33,160 nt of DNA from Acetothermia bacterium UBA3574 (GCA_002375935.1 DFNF01000022.1:1-33160), one strand, 5' to 3'. Positions 8,298 through 17,438 are shown, numbered from the stretch's first letter. Numbers and translations: made by a program. The notes: generated by a model not told the origin, from the letters alone.

Positions 8298-10256
8298 ATG
8301 CCCAATGCCAAGAGGTGGGTGGAGCCGGACCCCAGACGCGAGAACTGGTTCTGGCCCACTGAGGAGCTGAAGGCCCGCGCCTGGGCCGCGGATGAGAAGG
8401 TGTACGAGGAGTCCTGGGCCGATCCCATAAGGTTCTGGGAGGAGAGGGCCAAGGAGATTTCCTGGTTCAAGCGGTGGGACAAGGCCTACCACGACGAGCC
8501 GCTCGCCTACAAGTGGTTCGTAGGGGGAAAGCTTAATCTCTCCTATAACTCCTTAGACCGGCACGTGGAGGCCGGCAAGGGCGACAAGGTGGCCCTGATC
8601 TGGGAGCCCGAGCCTCCTAATGAGCCCAACCGCGTCTTCACCTACAAGGAGCTCCTCGCGGAGGTCTCGCGCCTGGCCAACGCCCTGAAGGAGCTCGGGG
8701 TGAAGAAAGGCGATCGGGTGGGGATCTACCTCCCCATGATCCCCGAGGCGGTGATCGCCATGCAGGCGGTGGTCCGGATTGGGGCGGTGCACTCGGTGGT
8801 GTTCTCCGCCTTCTCCCCCGAGTCCCTCCGGGACCGGATGGTCGACTGCGGGGCCAAGGTCCTGATCACCGCCGACGGCTACTACCGCCGCGGGAAGGCC
8901 ATCACCCTGAAGCAGAACGCCGACAAGGGGGTCGAGGGCACCAAGGTGGAACGGGTGATCGTGGTGCGGCGCGCCGGGCTCGATGTCCCCATGGATCCCT
9001 CCCGGGACGTATGGTACCACGAGATTGTCCCCAAGCAGTCCCCGGAGTGCCCGCCGGAGGAGATGGACGCCGAGGACCTGGCGTTCATCCTCTACACCTC
9101 CGGCACCACCGGGAAGCCCAAGGGGGTCATGCACACCACCGGCGGCTACGCGGTGCAGGTCTACACCACCTGTAAGTGGAACTTCAACCTCCACGAGGAC
9201 GACATCTTCTGGTGCACCGCCGACGTGGGCTGGATCACCGGCCACTCCTACATCAACTACGGTCCCCTGATGAACGGGGTGACCACGGTGGTCTACGAGG
9301 GAGCCCCCGACACCCCGGACTACGGCCGCATGTGGGCCGTGATCCAGAAGCACAAGGTCACCGCCTACTACACCGCTCCCACCGCCATCCGGATGCACGT
9401 CAAATGGGGCGAGGAGTGGCCGGCGAAGTACGACCTCTCCTCCCTGCGGGTGCTGGGCACGGTGGGGGAGCCCATCAACGAGGAGGCGTGGCTCTGGTAC
9501 TTCAAGCACATCGGGGGCGGGCGCTGCCCCATCATCGACACCTGGTGGCAGACGGAGACCGGGGCCAACTGCGTCCAGGCCCTGCCGGGGATCGGCCCCT
9601 TCATCCCCACCGTGGCCGGCCGTCCCTTCCCCGGTATCCGGGCCAAGATCCTGGACGCCGGTGGGCAGCCGGTGCAGCCGGGTGAAGGCGGGTACTTGGT
9701 CTTGGAACCGCCGTTCCCGCCATCGCTTTTGCGGGGGCTTTGGGGTGACCCGGAGAAGTTCAAGGCCACCTACTTCTCCGAATACGGCCCCGGCTACTAC
9801 TTCACCCGGGACGGGGCCCGCATGGACGAGATGGGCAACATCCGCATCACCGGCCGCGTGGACGACGTGATGAACGTGGCCGGGCACCGGCTGGCCACCG
9901 CGGAGGTGGAGGACGCCCTGTCCCAACACGAGGCGGTGTCCGAGGTGGCGGTGGTGTCCCGCCCGGACGAGGTGAAGGGCGAGGTCCCGGTGGCGTTCGT
10001 GCTGCTCAAGGCGGGCTACACCGCCTCCGAAGAACTCAAGAAAGAGCTCGTCAAGACGGTGGACAAGCACATCGGGCCCACTGCCCGCCCGGCGGAGATC
10101 TACTTCGTGGACGATGTGCCCAAGACGAGGTCCGGGAAGATCATGCGCCGGGTGCTGAAGTCGCTGGTCCGGGGTGCCCCGCCAGGGGACATCACCACCC
10201 TCCGCAACCCGGAGTGTGTGGAGCAGCTGAAGAGCATCGTGGGCTCGGGCGGCTGA
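8298..10256 (+). CDS. acs: Acetyl-CoA synthetase (AMP-forming)
   Basis: RBS GGAAAGGAGGG-N8-ATG. The AMP-binding motif YTSGTTGKPKG is present, with full-length collinearity (652 aa) to Acs. Confidence 0.95.
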   Translation: MPNAKRWVEPDPRRENWFWPTEELKARAWAADEKVYEESWADPIRFWEERAKEISWFKRWDKAYHDEPLAYKWFVGGKLNLSYNSLDRHVEAGKGDKVALIWEPEPPNEPNRVFTYKELLAEVSRLANALKELGVKKGDRVGIYLPMIPEAVIAMQAVVRIGAVHSVVFSAFSPESLRDRMVDCGAKVLITADGYYRRGKAITLKQNADKGVEGTKVERVIVVRRAGLDVPMDPSRDVWYHEIVPKQSPECPPEEMDAEDLAFILYTSGTTGKPKGVMHTTGGYAVQVYTTCKWNFNLHEDDIFWCTADVGWITGHSYINYGPLMNGVTTVVYEGAPDTPDYGRMWAVIQKHKVTAYYTAPTAIRMHVKWGEEWPAKYDLSSLRVLGTVGEPINEEAWLWYFKHIGGGRCPIIDTWWQTETGANCVQALPGIGPFIPTVAGRPFPGIRAKILDAGGQPVQPGEGGYLVLEPPFPPSLLRGLWGDPEKFKATYFSEYGPGYYFTRDGARMDEMGNIRITGRVDDVMNVAGHRLATAEVEDALSQHEAVSEVAVVSRPDEVKGEVPVAFVLLKAGYTASEELKKELVKTVDKHIGPTARPAEIYFVDDVPKTRSGKIMRRVLKSLVRGAPPGDITTLRNPECVEQLKSIVGSGG

Positions 10257-10282
10257 GGAACATCGACCTTGGGAAGGAAGCT

Positions 10283-10316
10283 GGGGGCGGCCTGGCCGCC
10301 CCCAGGCCTTTGTCCA
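10283..10316 (+). terminator. GC hairpin with a weak U-tract between acs and satP (partial terminator/attenuator candidate)
   Basis: GGGGGCGG-CCTGG-CCGCCCCC followed by AGGCCTTTGTCCACTTT. Confidence 0.3.
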
Positions 10317-10339
10317 CTTTCGCGAAAAGGAGGAACCAG

Positions 10340-10903
10340 ATGACAGATAAGATCGCCAATCCTGCCCCACTGGGGCTGGGTGGGTTCGCGCTCTCCACCT
10401 TCATTTTGAACATCGTGAACGCCGGCTGGGTATCGGCGGAGACCCTGGGGATCGTGATGCCGGTGGCCATGTTCTACGGGGGCCTGGCGCAGTTCTTGGC
10501 CGGGATGTGGGATCTGCGCCGGGGGGACATCTTCGGCGGGACCTGCTTCAGCTCCTATGGGGCGTTTTGGATGGGCCTGGCGAGCTTCTTCTTCCTGCGG
10601 TGGGCCGGGATCGCCCCCGAGGTGCCCCCGGCCGGGATCGCGGTGGCCCTGTTCGCCTGGGGGATCTTCACGGGCTACGCGACCATCGCTTCCCTGAAGC
10701 TCCCCCGGGCCATCACCTGGATCTTCATCACGCTGACGATCCTGTTCTTCCTTTTGGGGATCGGGGAGTTCATCCCGGTGGTGCACACCATCGCCGGCTA
10801 CGAGGGGATCCTCTGCGCCCTGATCGCCTGGTACGCCGCCGCCGGGATCCTCATCAACACCGTGCACGGCAAGACGGTGCTCCCCCTGGGGGAGCGGAGC
10901 TGA
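10340..10903 (+). CDS. satP: Acetate/succinate uptake channel, GPR1/FUN34/YaaH family
   Basis: RBS AAAAGGAGG-N6-ATG. The family signature NPAPLGLGGFALSTF is present, with six TM segments and a C-terminal GKTVLPLGE as in E. coli SatP. Confidence 0.9.
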   Translation: MTDKIANPAPLGLGGFALSTFILNIVNAGWVSAETLGIVMPVAMFYGGLAQFLAGMWDLRRGDIFGGTCFSSYGAFWMGLASFFFLRWAGIAPEVPPAGIAVALFAWGIFTGYATIASLKLPRAITWIFITLTILFFLLGIGEFIPVVHTIAGYEGILCALIAWYAAAGILINTVHGKTVLPLGERS

Positions 10904-10913
10904 GGGTGGGTTC

Positions 10914-10947
10914 GGGGGGCGGGGATCAACTCCGCCCCCCGCTTTTT
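10914..10947 (+). terminator. Rho-independent terminator after satP
   Basis: GGGGGGCGG-loop-CCGCCCCCC followed by GCTTTTTCCC. Confidence 0.7.
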
Positions 10948-11014
10948 CCCAAAAAATCCTCTTCCGCGCCTCACCCCTCTACCCCGACGGGTTGTCCTCC
11001 GGTAAGCTGGAGCT

Positions 11015-12082
11015 GTGGAGTGCAGGGTTTGCGGCCGACCGGCCGCCGAGCTGATATGGCTGTGTGGCGACTGCGTGAGGGGGGCATCCCCGCGGGAGCT
11101 TTCTGCCCCCCATGTCCGGACGCGCCGGGCACTGGGCCTCCCGCCCCGTCCCCCCCGGGCCGGCGCCCTGTGCCGGCTGTGCGCCAACCGGTGCCAGATC
11201 CCCGAAGGGGGAAAGGGATATTGCGGCCTGCGGGTGGCCCGGGCCGGGCGGGTGGCCTACCCCTGGAAGGAGGGAGCGACGGCGGGCCTGCTGCACACCT
11301 ACTATGACCCCATCCCCACCAACTGCTGTGCCGCCTGGTTCTGCGGGCAGGAGGCGGGGAAGAACTTGGCGGTTTTCTTCTACGGGTGCAACTTCGATTG
11401 CCTTTTCTGTCAGAACGCCCAACACAAATTTTTGGACGAGGGGGAGCTGATCCCCCAACGGGAGCTGGTGGCCAGGGGCCTGGCCCCGGGGGTGCGGTGC
11501 GTGTGTTTCTTCGGGGGGTCCCCGGAGCCCCAGCTCCCGTTCGCCCTCCGGGTTGCCAGGCAGCTCGTGAGGGAGTCCGAGGGGAGGGTGCGGATCTGCT
11601 GGGAGTGGAACGGGGCAGGCAACCCCGCTTTGGTGCGCCAGGCGGCGGAGCTCTCCCTCGAAAGCGGTGGTATCGTGAAGTTCGACCTCAAGTGCTGGGA
11701 TGAGAACCTGGCCTTGGCCCTGTGTGGGGTCTCCACCCGCCCTTCGTTTGACAACTTCCGCCTGCTGGCGGAGGAGTTTCTCCCCCGGGCCCGGCACCCC
11801 CTGCTCACCGCCACCACGCTGCTGGTGCCCGGCTATGTGGACGAGGAGGAGGTGGGGGAGATCGCGGAGTTCATCGCCTCCTTCTCGCCGGACATCCCCT
11901 ACTCGCTCCTTGTGTTCCACCCTGCGTATTGCTTGGCAGACCTTCCTACCACGCCCCTTGATCAGGTGATCCGCTGCTACCGGGCGGTGGTGGAAGCCGG
12001 CCTCAGGCGGGTGCACGTGGGCAACCTGCACCTCCTCGGCCTCACCTTCCCCGCGTTTTTGGCGCTGCTCGAAGGGGAGTGA
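11015..12082 (+). CDS. AmmeMemoRadiSam-system-type radical SAM enzyme (AmrS/PflA-like) with an extra N-terminal CxxC-x10-CxxC
   Basis: The N-terminal family motif C-x-LC-x3-C-x-I-x2-G-x2-G-x-CG-x-R is present (CRLCANRCQIPEGGKGYCGLR). The radical SAM cluster is GCNFDCLFCQN and the glycine-rich motif is FFGGSPEP. The GTG start is tentative. Confidence 0.75.
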   Translation: MECRVCGRPAAELIWLCGDCVRGASPRELSAPHVRTRRALGLPPRPPRAGALCRLCANRCQIPEGGKGYCGLRVARAGRVAYPWKEGATAGLLHTYYDPIPTNCCAAWFCGQEAGKNLAVFFYGCNFDCLFCQNAQHKFLDEGELIPQRELVARGLAPGVRCVCFFGGSPEPQLPFALRVARQLVRESEGRVRICWEWNGAGNPALVRQAAELSLESGGIVKFDLKCWDENLALALCGVSTRPSFDNFRLLAEEFLPRARHPLLTATTLLVPGYVDEEEVGEIAEFIASFSPDIPYSLLVFHPAYCLADLPTTPLDQVIRCYRAVVEAGLRRVHVGNLHLLGLTFPAFLALLEGE

Positions 12083-12111
12083 GGGGCAGCCCGGGGAGAG
12101 GTGCTTTGGGG

Positions 12112-14640
12112 CTAGCCCTCGCGGAACAGGGAGCGCAGCGCGGCGGCCAGCTCACCTTCGTGGGACAGCATCTGGGCCGGGACCGGCAGCTCCGAGAGGA
12201 AATGGGCCCCGTAGGGGCGGGAGCTCGCTCGAGGGTCGGTGATGACGATGGCCCCCCGGTCGGAGGGGGTCCGCACCAACCTCCCGGCGCCCTGGCGCAG
12301 GCGGAGCACCGCCTGGGGGAGGAACAAGGAGGGAAACGGATCCCGGCCTTGGGCCCGCAGGCGGCGGGCCAGGGCCTGGGCCAAGGGGTCGGTGGGCACC
12401 GGGAAGGGGAGCCGGGTGATCACCAATAGCTCCAGTTCCTCCCCAGGCAGGTCCACCCCCTCCCACATGGTGTCCAGCCCCAGCAGCACCACCGGGGGTG
12501 GGTGTTGCCGAAAACGGGCCAGGAGCTGTTCCCTCTCCCCGTCCACCCCCTGGGCCAAAACCGGCACCCCCGCTAGGCACTCCCGGGTGGCCAGCAGCAG
12601 GCGCCGGGAGGTGAACAGCACCAGGGCCCGACAGGACACCGCTGCCAACGCCTCCTCCAGCAGCCTGGCCACCGCCTGGGGGTAAGCCGCGTCGTCGGGC
12701 AGCGGGAACCTTTTCAATACGAAGGCGCGCACCCGCCGGTAGTCGAACGGGGAAGGCCAGCTTTCGAACTCCACCCTGTCTTGGGGGAGCCCCAATTCCC
12801 GCACCAGGTGGTCGGGGTTCCCCCCCACGGCCAGCGTGGCGGAGGTGAGCACCCCGGCGGCCAGCCGGGGCCACAGCGCCTCAGCCAGCAGGGGGGCGAT
12901 CTCCACCGGGGTGGCGTGCAGGGCCGGCCACCCCCCTTCCCTCCCCCACCAGAACACGAACTCTTCCCCATCGGGGGAGAAGATGGTGCGGAGGGTCCCT
13001 GCAGTTCGCCTCGCCGCCCCGGCCACATTGCGCGCCAGCTCCGCCCCCGCCTCGGAAAGCTTGGCCGCACTCTCCCCCAGCGAGCTCGCCAACTCCTCCA
13101 AGGTACCCCGCAACATGTTCCCCAGGGGGAGCACCTGTTCCAGGTCTTCTCGGGAATAGGCCGCCGGTTCCTCGGGCACCAGCGGTTCCAAGGCCTCCCA
13201 GAGCTCCCGCTGAGCCGCCGCCACCTTGCGCAGGAGTTCCTCCGGGACCGCGCCTTGAAGCTCCTCCCCCTGCCTGAGCGTCCGCAACAGCCACGGCACC
13301 CCGGTGGGGGAGAACTCTAGGCTGAAGGCGTCCCGCAGGGCAGCGGGCAAGGCGTGGGCCTCGTCTACTACCAGGAACTCATACGGGCCCAGCACCCGGC
13401 CTTCCCAAGCCAGGTCCGCCCCCAACAGGGCGTGGTTGACCACCACCAGCTTGGCCTGGCGGGCCCGCTCGCGCGCCCGGCGGGAGTGGCACGCCCGCAG
13501 CCAAGGGCAGGCCGCCCCGGGGCAGGTGAGGGGGCTGTCGCGCACCTGGGCCAGGAGTTCCCTACCCTCCTGGGAGGCCCACAGCTCAGCCACCTCGTCC
13601 AAGTCCCCGGTTTCTGTGTGGCGACTCCAGCCCACCAGGGTGGCCAGTGCCCTCTCGTCTACTAACTTCCCCTGCAGTTCCGCTAGCTTCCTTTGGCACA
13701 GGTAGTTCTCGCGCCCTTTCAGCAAGGCTACCGGCAGCTGGAGCTCCAATTCGGTGAGGAGGAAGGGCAGGTCATGCTCCCAAAGCTGGGCCTGCAAAGC
13801 CCGGGTGCGGGTGGTGACCACCGCCCGCCCCCCTTCCCGAGCCAGCCGCCGGAGCAGGGGAATCAGGTAGCCGAAGGTCTTCCCGGTGCCAGGCCCGGCC
13901 TCCAGCAGGGCCAACTTCCCCGCCGCCAGGGCCTCTGCCACCCGCCGGGCATAGGCCCGCTGTCCAGGACGATGGCTCCACCCCGGGGTGCGGGCCAACT
14001 TTCGGAAGTCCTGCTCCAAGGAGTACCCCTGGGCCAAGGCCAAGACTTCCGGCGGAAGGGAGGGAGCCATTTCCTCCCACTTCTCTTCCGACCAACTGGC
14101 GATTCCCTCAAGCAGGGCGAGGAATATCTGGCCGGTGGCCCGGGCATCGGGCAGGGCCCGGTGTCCGGGGCGGGGAAGCCCCAACCGTTGGCACAGCGCC
14201 CCCAGTGAGTAGCCGGAAAGCCCCGGCCACAGGAGGCGGGTCAGGGCCAGGGTGTCCAGCCAGCGGACGTGCAGTGGGGGGAGCCCCAGCCGGCGGGCGG
14301 CCGCCCGCAGGAATGCCTGATCGAACGGGGCGTTGTGGGCTACCACCAGTTGTCCTGCAAGCCGGGCGGTTAGCTGGGGCCACACCTGCTCCAGGGGAGG
14401 GGCCTGGGAGAGCTCGGCCAGCGACAACCCGGAAGTGGCCAGGGCTTGGGGATCCACCGGCCGGGTGGGCCTCACCAGCCACCCCTGCCCCTCCCCCGGC
14501 CCCTCCCAGGTGAAGGGCACCAGGCCAATTTCCAGGATGTCGTACTGGTCAGGCCTGAGACCACCGGTCTCCAGGTCCAGCGCCCAGAAGATCACCTCGG
14601 CACTCGGCCTATCGCCCCGGCGGGCTGGCTCGGCAATCAC
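12112..14640 (-). CDS. dinG: Bifunctional DnaQ-like 3'-5' exonuclease / DinG-family ATP-dependent helicase (Firmicutes type)
   Basis: N-terminal exonuclease motifs are LDLETGGL and VAHNAPFDQAFL. Walker A is GPGTGKT and the DEAH box is FLVVDEAHAL. Helicase C-terminal motifs are present. 842 aa, GTG start. Confidence 0.88.
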   Translation of the reverse strand: MIAEPARRGDRPSAEVIFWALDLETGGLRPDQYDILEIGLVPFTWEGPGEGQGWLVRPTRPVDPQALATSGLSLAELSQAPPLEQVWPQLTARLAGQLVVAHNAPFDQAFLRAAARRLGLPPLHVRWLDTLALTRLLWPGLSGYSLGALCQRLGLPRPGHRALPDARATGQIFLALLEGIASWSEEKWEEMAPSLPPEVLALAQGYSLEQDFRKLARTPGWSHRPGQRAYARRVAEALAAGKLALLEAGPGTGKTFGYLIPLLRRLAREGGRAVVTTRTRALQAQLWEHDLPFLLTELELQLPVALLKGRENYLCQRKLAELQGKLVDERALATLVGWSRHTETGDLDEVAELWASQEGRELLAQVRDSPLTCPGAACPWLRACHSRRARERARQAKLVVVNHALLGADLAWEGRVLGPYEFLVVDEAHALPAALRDAFSLEFSPTGVPWLLRTLRQGEELQGAVPEELLRKVAAAQRELWEALEPLVPEEPAAYSREDLEQVLPLGNMLRGTLEELASSLGESAAKLSEAGAELARNVAGAARRTAGTLRTIFSPDGEEFVFWWGREGGWPALHATPVEIAPLLAEALWPRLAAGVLTSATLAVGGNPDHLVRELGLPQDRVEFESWPSPFDYRRVRAFVLKRFPLPDDAAYPQAVARLLEEALAAVSCRALVLFTSRRLLLATRECLAGVPVLAQGVDGEREQLLARFRQHPPPVVLLGLDTMWEGVDLPGEELELLVITRLPFPVPTDPLAQALARRLRAQGRDPFPSLFLPQAVLRLRQGAGRLVRTPSDRGAIVITDPRASSRPYGAHFLSELPVPAQMLSHEGELAAALRSLFREG

Positions 14641-14689
14641 GGCACCCCATCCCTCCTGCCAAAAGTACTGCCGCTCCCGGCCGCCGCGG

Positions 14690-15124
14690 TCAAAGGAGCC
14701 GGTACAGCAGGTCGATGCGCCTGATCACCCCCACCAGGTGGCCGGCGTCGTCCACCACCGGCAGCTGTTTGAGTTCGTGGCGGATCAGGGTGTCGGCGAT
14801 CTGGAGGTCTTCGTCCTCGGGGTGCACCGAGATGACTTCCCGGTTCATGAACTCGGAGACAGGTTGGGGGGCCATCTCTGCCAGCCGGCGGCTGAGTTGA
14901 TTTAGACTGGGGAGGAAGGAGGCGGAGTGCAGCATCTCCAGGTAGCCGGGGAGGGCGGCCCGGATGATGTCCCGCTCGGAGATCATCCCCACCAACACCC
15001 CCTCCTCGTCCAGCACCGGCAGCGCGGCCAGCCCGGATTGCTCCATGAGGTAGATCACCTCGGAGATGGGGGTGTCTATCTCCACTGAGGTGAGGTCACG
15101 GCGCATGATGTCCTGGGCTTTCAT
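14690..15124 (-). CDS. CBS domain pair protein (144 aa)
   Basis: The internal ATG at 15124 is preceded by AAGGAGGGAGG. It contains two CBS motifs. Its ATG overlaps the pfkB stop (ATGA). Confidence 0.8.
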   Translation of the reverse strand: MKAQDIMRRDLTSVEIDTPISEVIYLMEQSGLAALPVLDEEGVLVGMISERDIIRAALPGYLEMLHSASFLPSLNQLSRRLAEMAPQPVSEFMNREVISVHPEDEDLQIADTLIRHELKQLPVVDDAGHLVGVIRRIDLLYRLL

Positions 15125-16089
15125 CCTCCCTCCTTGCGGATGACCTCCACTTGCTCCATCTCCAGCTCGATGGCCGGCTTGGCCAAGCACAGCTTGGGCT
15201 CGATCTCGGCGGAGGCGATGGCCGCCGCCATGCCGAACTTCACCGCCTCCAATACCCCGTCTCCCTCCACCAGCCGATACAACACCCCGCCCACCAGGGC
15301 GTCGTCTGCCCCCACCAGGTTCTTGTATTTGCTGAGCGGCACCCGCGCCTCCAGGTCCCACACCCCCTCCGGGGTGATGAGGATGTCCCCGGTCACGTGG
15401 TGGGAGATCACACAGATCTCCACCCCTTGGGAGATGGCGTGTTTGCCAGCTTGGATGATCTCTTCCTCTGTGCGGGCGGCCAGCCCGGCCACCTGGGGCA
15501 CTTCCCGCACATCGGGCTTTATGAAGTACGGCCCGGCGGCCAGGGCAGCGGTGAGGGCAGCGCCACCGGCGTGCACCACCGGGCGGACCCCTGCCTGCCG
15601 CGCCAGTTCCACCAGCTCCCGATAGAACTCCGGCGCGATCCCCGGGGGCAAGGCGCCCCCCAACACCACGTACTCGGCCCGCCGCAGCATCCGCCGGTAC
15701 TTGCGCAGGAAGATCTCCACCGCCCGGGAGGGAACCCGGGGCCCTTCCTCGTGGATCTTCACCGGGTGGTACTCCACCCCCCGCTCCAAGATGGTCACGT
15801 TGGTCCGGTTCTCCCCCTCGATCCAGACGAAGTTGGCGGTGGCCCCCCGGGAGAGGAGGTCCCGCAGGATGATCTGCCCGGTGTGGCCGGCCAGGAACCC
15901 CATGGCCACCGTCTCCACCCCCATGCAAGCCAGGAAGATGGACACGTTGATGCCCTTCCCTCCGGCCGAGGAGTCGGACTTGGTGGCCCGGATCAGGATC
16001 TCCTCCTCCACCCGCTCCAGGGAGCGGGGCAACCGCTCCACCCAGTAAAACTTGTCCAGGGTGGGATTTAGGGTCACTGTGAGGATCAT
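15121..16089 (-). CDS. PfkB-family sugar kinase (1-phosphofructokinase / tagatose-6-P kinase-like)
   Basis: MILTVTLNPTLDK...GGKGINVS N-terminus typical of FruK/LacC. The C-terminal motif is GADDALVGG. The ATG overlaps the miaB-like stop (ATGA). Confidence 0.85.
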   Translation of the reverse strand: MILTVTLNPTLDKFYWVERLPRSLERVEEEILIRATKSDSSAGGKGINVSIFLACMGVETVAMGFLAGHTGQIILRDLLSRGATANFVWIEGENRTNVTILERGVEYHPVKIHEEGPRVPSRAVEIFLRKYRRMLRRAEYVVLGGALPPGIAPEFYRELVELARQAGVRPVVHAGGAALTAALAAGPYFIKPDVREVPQVAGLAARTEEEIIQAGKHAISQGVEICVISHHVTGDILITPEGVWDLEARVPLSKYKNLVGADDALVGGVLYRLVEGDGVLEAVKFGMAAAIASAEIEPKLCLAKPAIELEMEQVEVIRKEGG

Positions 16090-17438
16090 GCCACTTTCTC
16101 CTTCACCACTTCGCCCCTCAGGGCCCCAGGCGAGGCCTGCTCAACCCTCACCTGGACCAGCTTCCCCACCAGGGACTCCTCCCCCGGCAGCAGCACGGTT
16201 CGGAAATCGCGCGTCTTGCCGAAATAGAGCCCTTTTTCGGGCAGGAAACCCTCCACCAGCACCTCCACCACGCTCCCCACCCGGGCCTGGTGCAGCCGGA
16301 GGGCAATCCGGCGGCTGAGGGCCAACACCTCCTCCAGGCGCCGCTTCTTCTCCTCCGGCGGCACGTCGTCCGGGAGCCGGGCGGCTTGAGTGCCCGGCCG
16401 GGGAGAGTAAGCCGCCACGTACACCGTCCCGAACTCCGCCTGCTCGATGAGGTCCAAGGTGGCCTGGAAGTCCGCTTCCGTCTCCCCTGGGAAGCCCACG
16501 ATGACGTCGGTGGTGATGTTCACCCCGGGCACCCTCCGGCGCAGGGCGGCCACGATCTCCAGGAACTCCTCCCGGGTGTAGCCCCGCCTCATGCGGGCCA
16601 GCACCCGATCGCTGCCCGACTGCACCGCCAGGTGCACGTGTTCGCAGATGTTATCCCCGGCGGCGATGGCGGCGATGGTGTCCTCGGTGAGGTAGGCGGG
16701 GTGGGAGGAGGTGAACCTGATCCGGGGGATGGGGATGGAGGCCACTTCCTCCAGCAGGTGGGCGAAGTTAGGCCCGCCTGGGAGATCGGTGCCATAGGCA
16801 TCCACGTTTTGGCCCAGCAGGGTGACCTCTTGGTAGCCGGCCTGGGCCAGTTCCCGCAGTTCCGCCATGATCCGGGGCAGGGGGCGGGAGCGGAACGGGC
16901 CCCGCACCAAAGGCACGATGCAGTAGGCGCAGGCGTGGGAGCACCCCTCGGCGATGGTCACATACGCCTTGAAGCGGCTTTGGCGACTCACCGGCAATTC
17001 CTCCCAGCCTTGGGGGGAGGGGAAGTAGGTGGGCCGGTGGCCGGCCCGGGCCTGGGCGATGAGTTCCGGGAGCCGGTCCCAGCCGCTGGTGCCGAAGGCG
17101 AAGTCGATTTCGGGGCAGAGCTCAAACAGCTCTTCCTTGCGCCCTTGGGCCATGCACCCCCCCACCCCGATCAGGGTGCCGCGGCGGCGCAATCGGGCCA
17201 GCTCCCCCACCCGCCCCACCACCTTGTCCTCCGCCCGCTGGCGGACCATGCAGGTGTTGAGCAGCACCACGTCCGCCTCCTCGGGCCGGGATACGATCTC
17301 ATACCCCGCCCTCTTCAGCACCCCCACCAGCTCTTCGGAGTGGTGCTGATTGAGCTGGCAGCCCCAGGTGAGCACGCACGCTTTCAACCGGGGCTGAGCC
17401 GAGCCAAGGTCCGCTAGCCTGCTTTTCTCCCCTTTCAT
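16086..17438 (-). CDS. miaB: MiaB-like tRNA methylthiotransferase (MTTase N-domain + radical SAM + TRAM)
   Basis: Three cysteine clusters: VLTWGCQLNQHHSE...NTCMV...GGCMAQ, then the radical SAM motif CSHACAYC, then a C-terminal TRAM region. The start was set at the internal ATG (MKGEKSRL...). Confidence 0.8.
   Translation of the reverse strand: MKGEKSRLADLGSAQPRLKACVLTWGCQLNQHHSEELVGVLKRAGYEIVSRPEEADVVLLNTCMVRQRAEDKVVGRVGELARLRRRGTLIGVGGCMAQGRKEELFELCPEIDFAFGTSGWDRLPELIAQARAGHRPTYFPSPQGWEELPVSRQSRFKAYVTIAEGCSHACAYCIVPLVRGPFRSRPLPRIMAELRELAQAGYQEVTLLGQNVDAYGTDLPGGPNFAHLLEEVASIPIPRIRFTSSHPAYLTEDTIAAIAAGDNICEHVHLAVQSGSDRVLARMRRGYTREEFLEIVAALRRRVPGVNITTDVIVGFPGETEADFQATLDLIEQAEFGTVYVAAYSPRPGTQAARLPDDVPPEEKKRRLEEVLALSRRIALRLHQARVGSVVEVLVEGFLPEKGLYFGKTRDFRTVLLPGEESLVGKLVQVRVEQASPGALRGEVVKEKVA

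Noticed and set aside
8553-10370. A 605-aa minus-strand ORF antisense to acs, plus similar long antisense ORFs (4245..5504 +, 5680..6816 +, 15151..16071 +, 16290..17417 +, 17783..18637 -, 23669..25141 +, 26495..27475 +, 32109..32999 -)
   Set aside because: These are GC-driven open frames opposite well-supported genes (acs, glmS, the Cas4-like gene, pfkB, miaB, prfA, ftsI, MATE, the helicase). They have biased Gly/Pro/Arg composition and no motifs.
12081-12120. A terminator hairpin between the convergent radical SAM and dinG genes
   Set aside because: The inverted repeat GAGGGGCAGCC/GGCTAGCCCTC has two central mismatches, an 18-nt loop and no U-tract. It is not convincing.
14690-15928. Long N-terminal extensions of track ORFs (CBS 412 aa, tpiA 470 aa, phosphoesterase 431 aa, 7565..8482, satP 229 aa, SPFH 313 aa, miaB 468 aa, phosphatase 299 aa)
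   Set aside because: The upstream portions are low-complexity and lack homology. In each case an internal start with an RBS (or one overlapping the upstream stop) gives a protein matching family length and N-terminal motifs.
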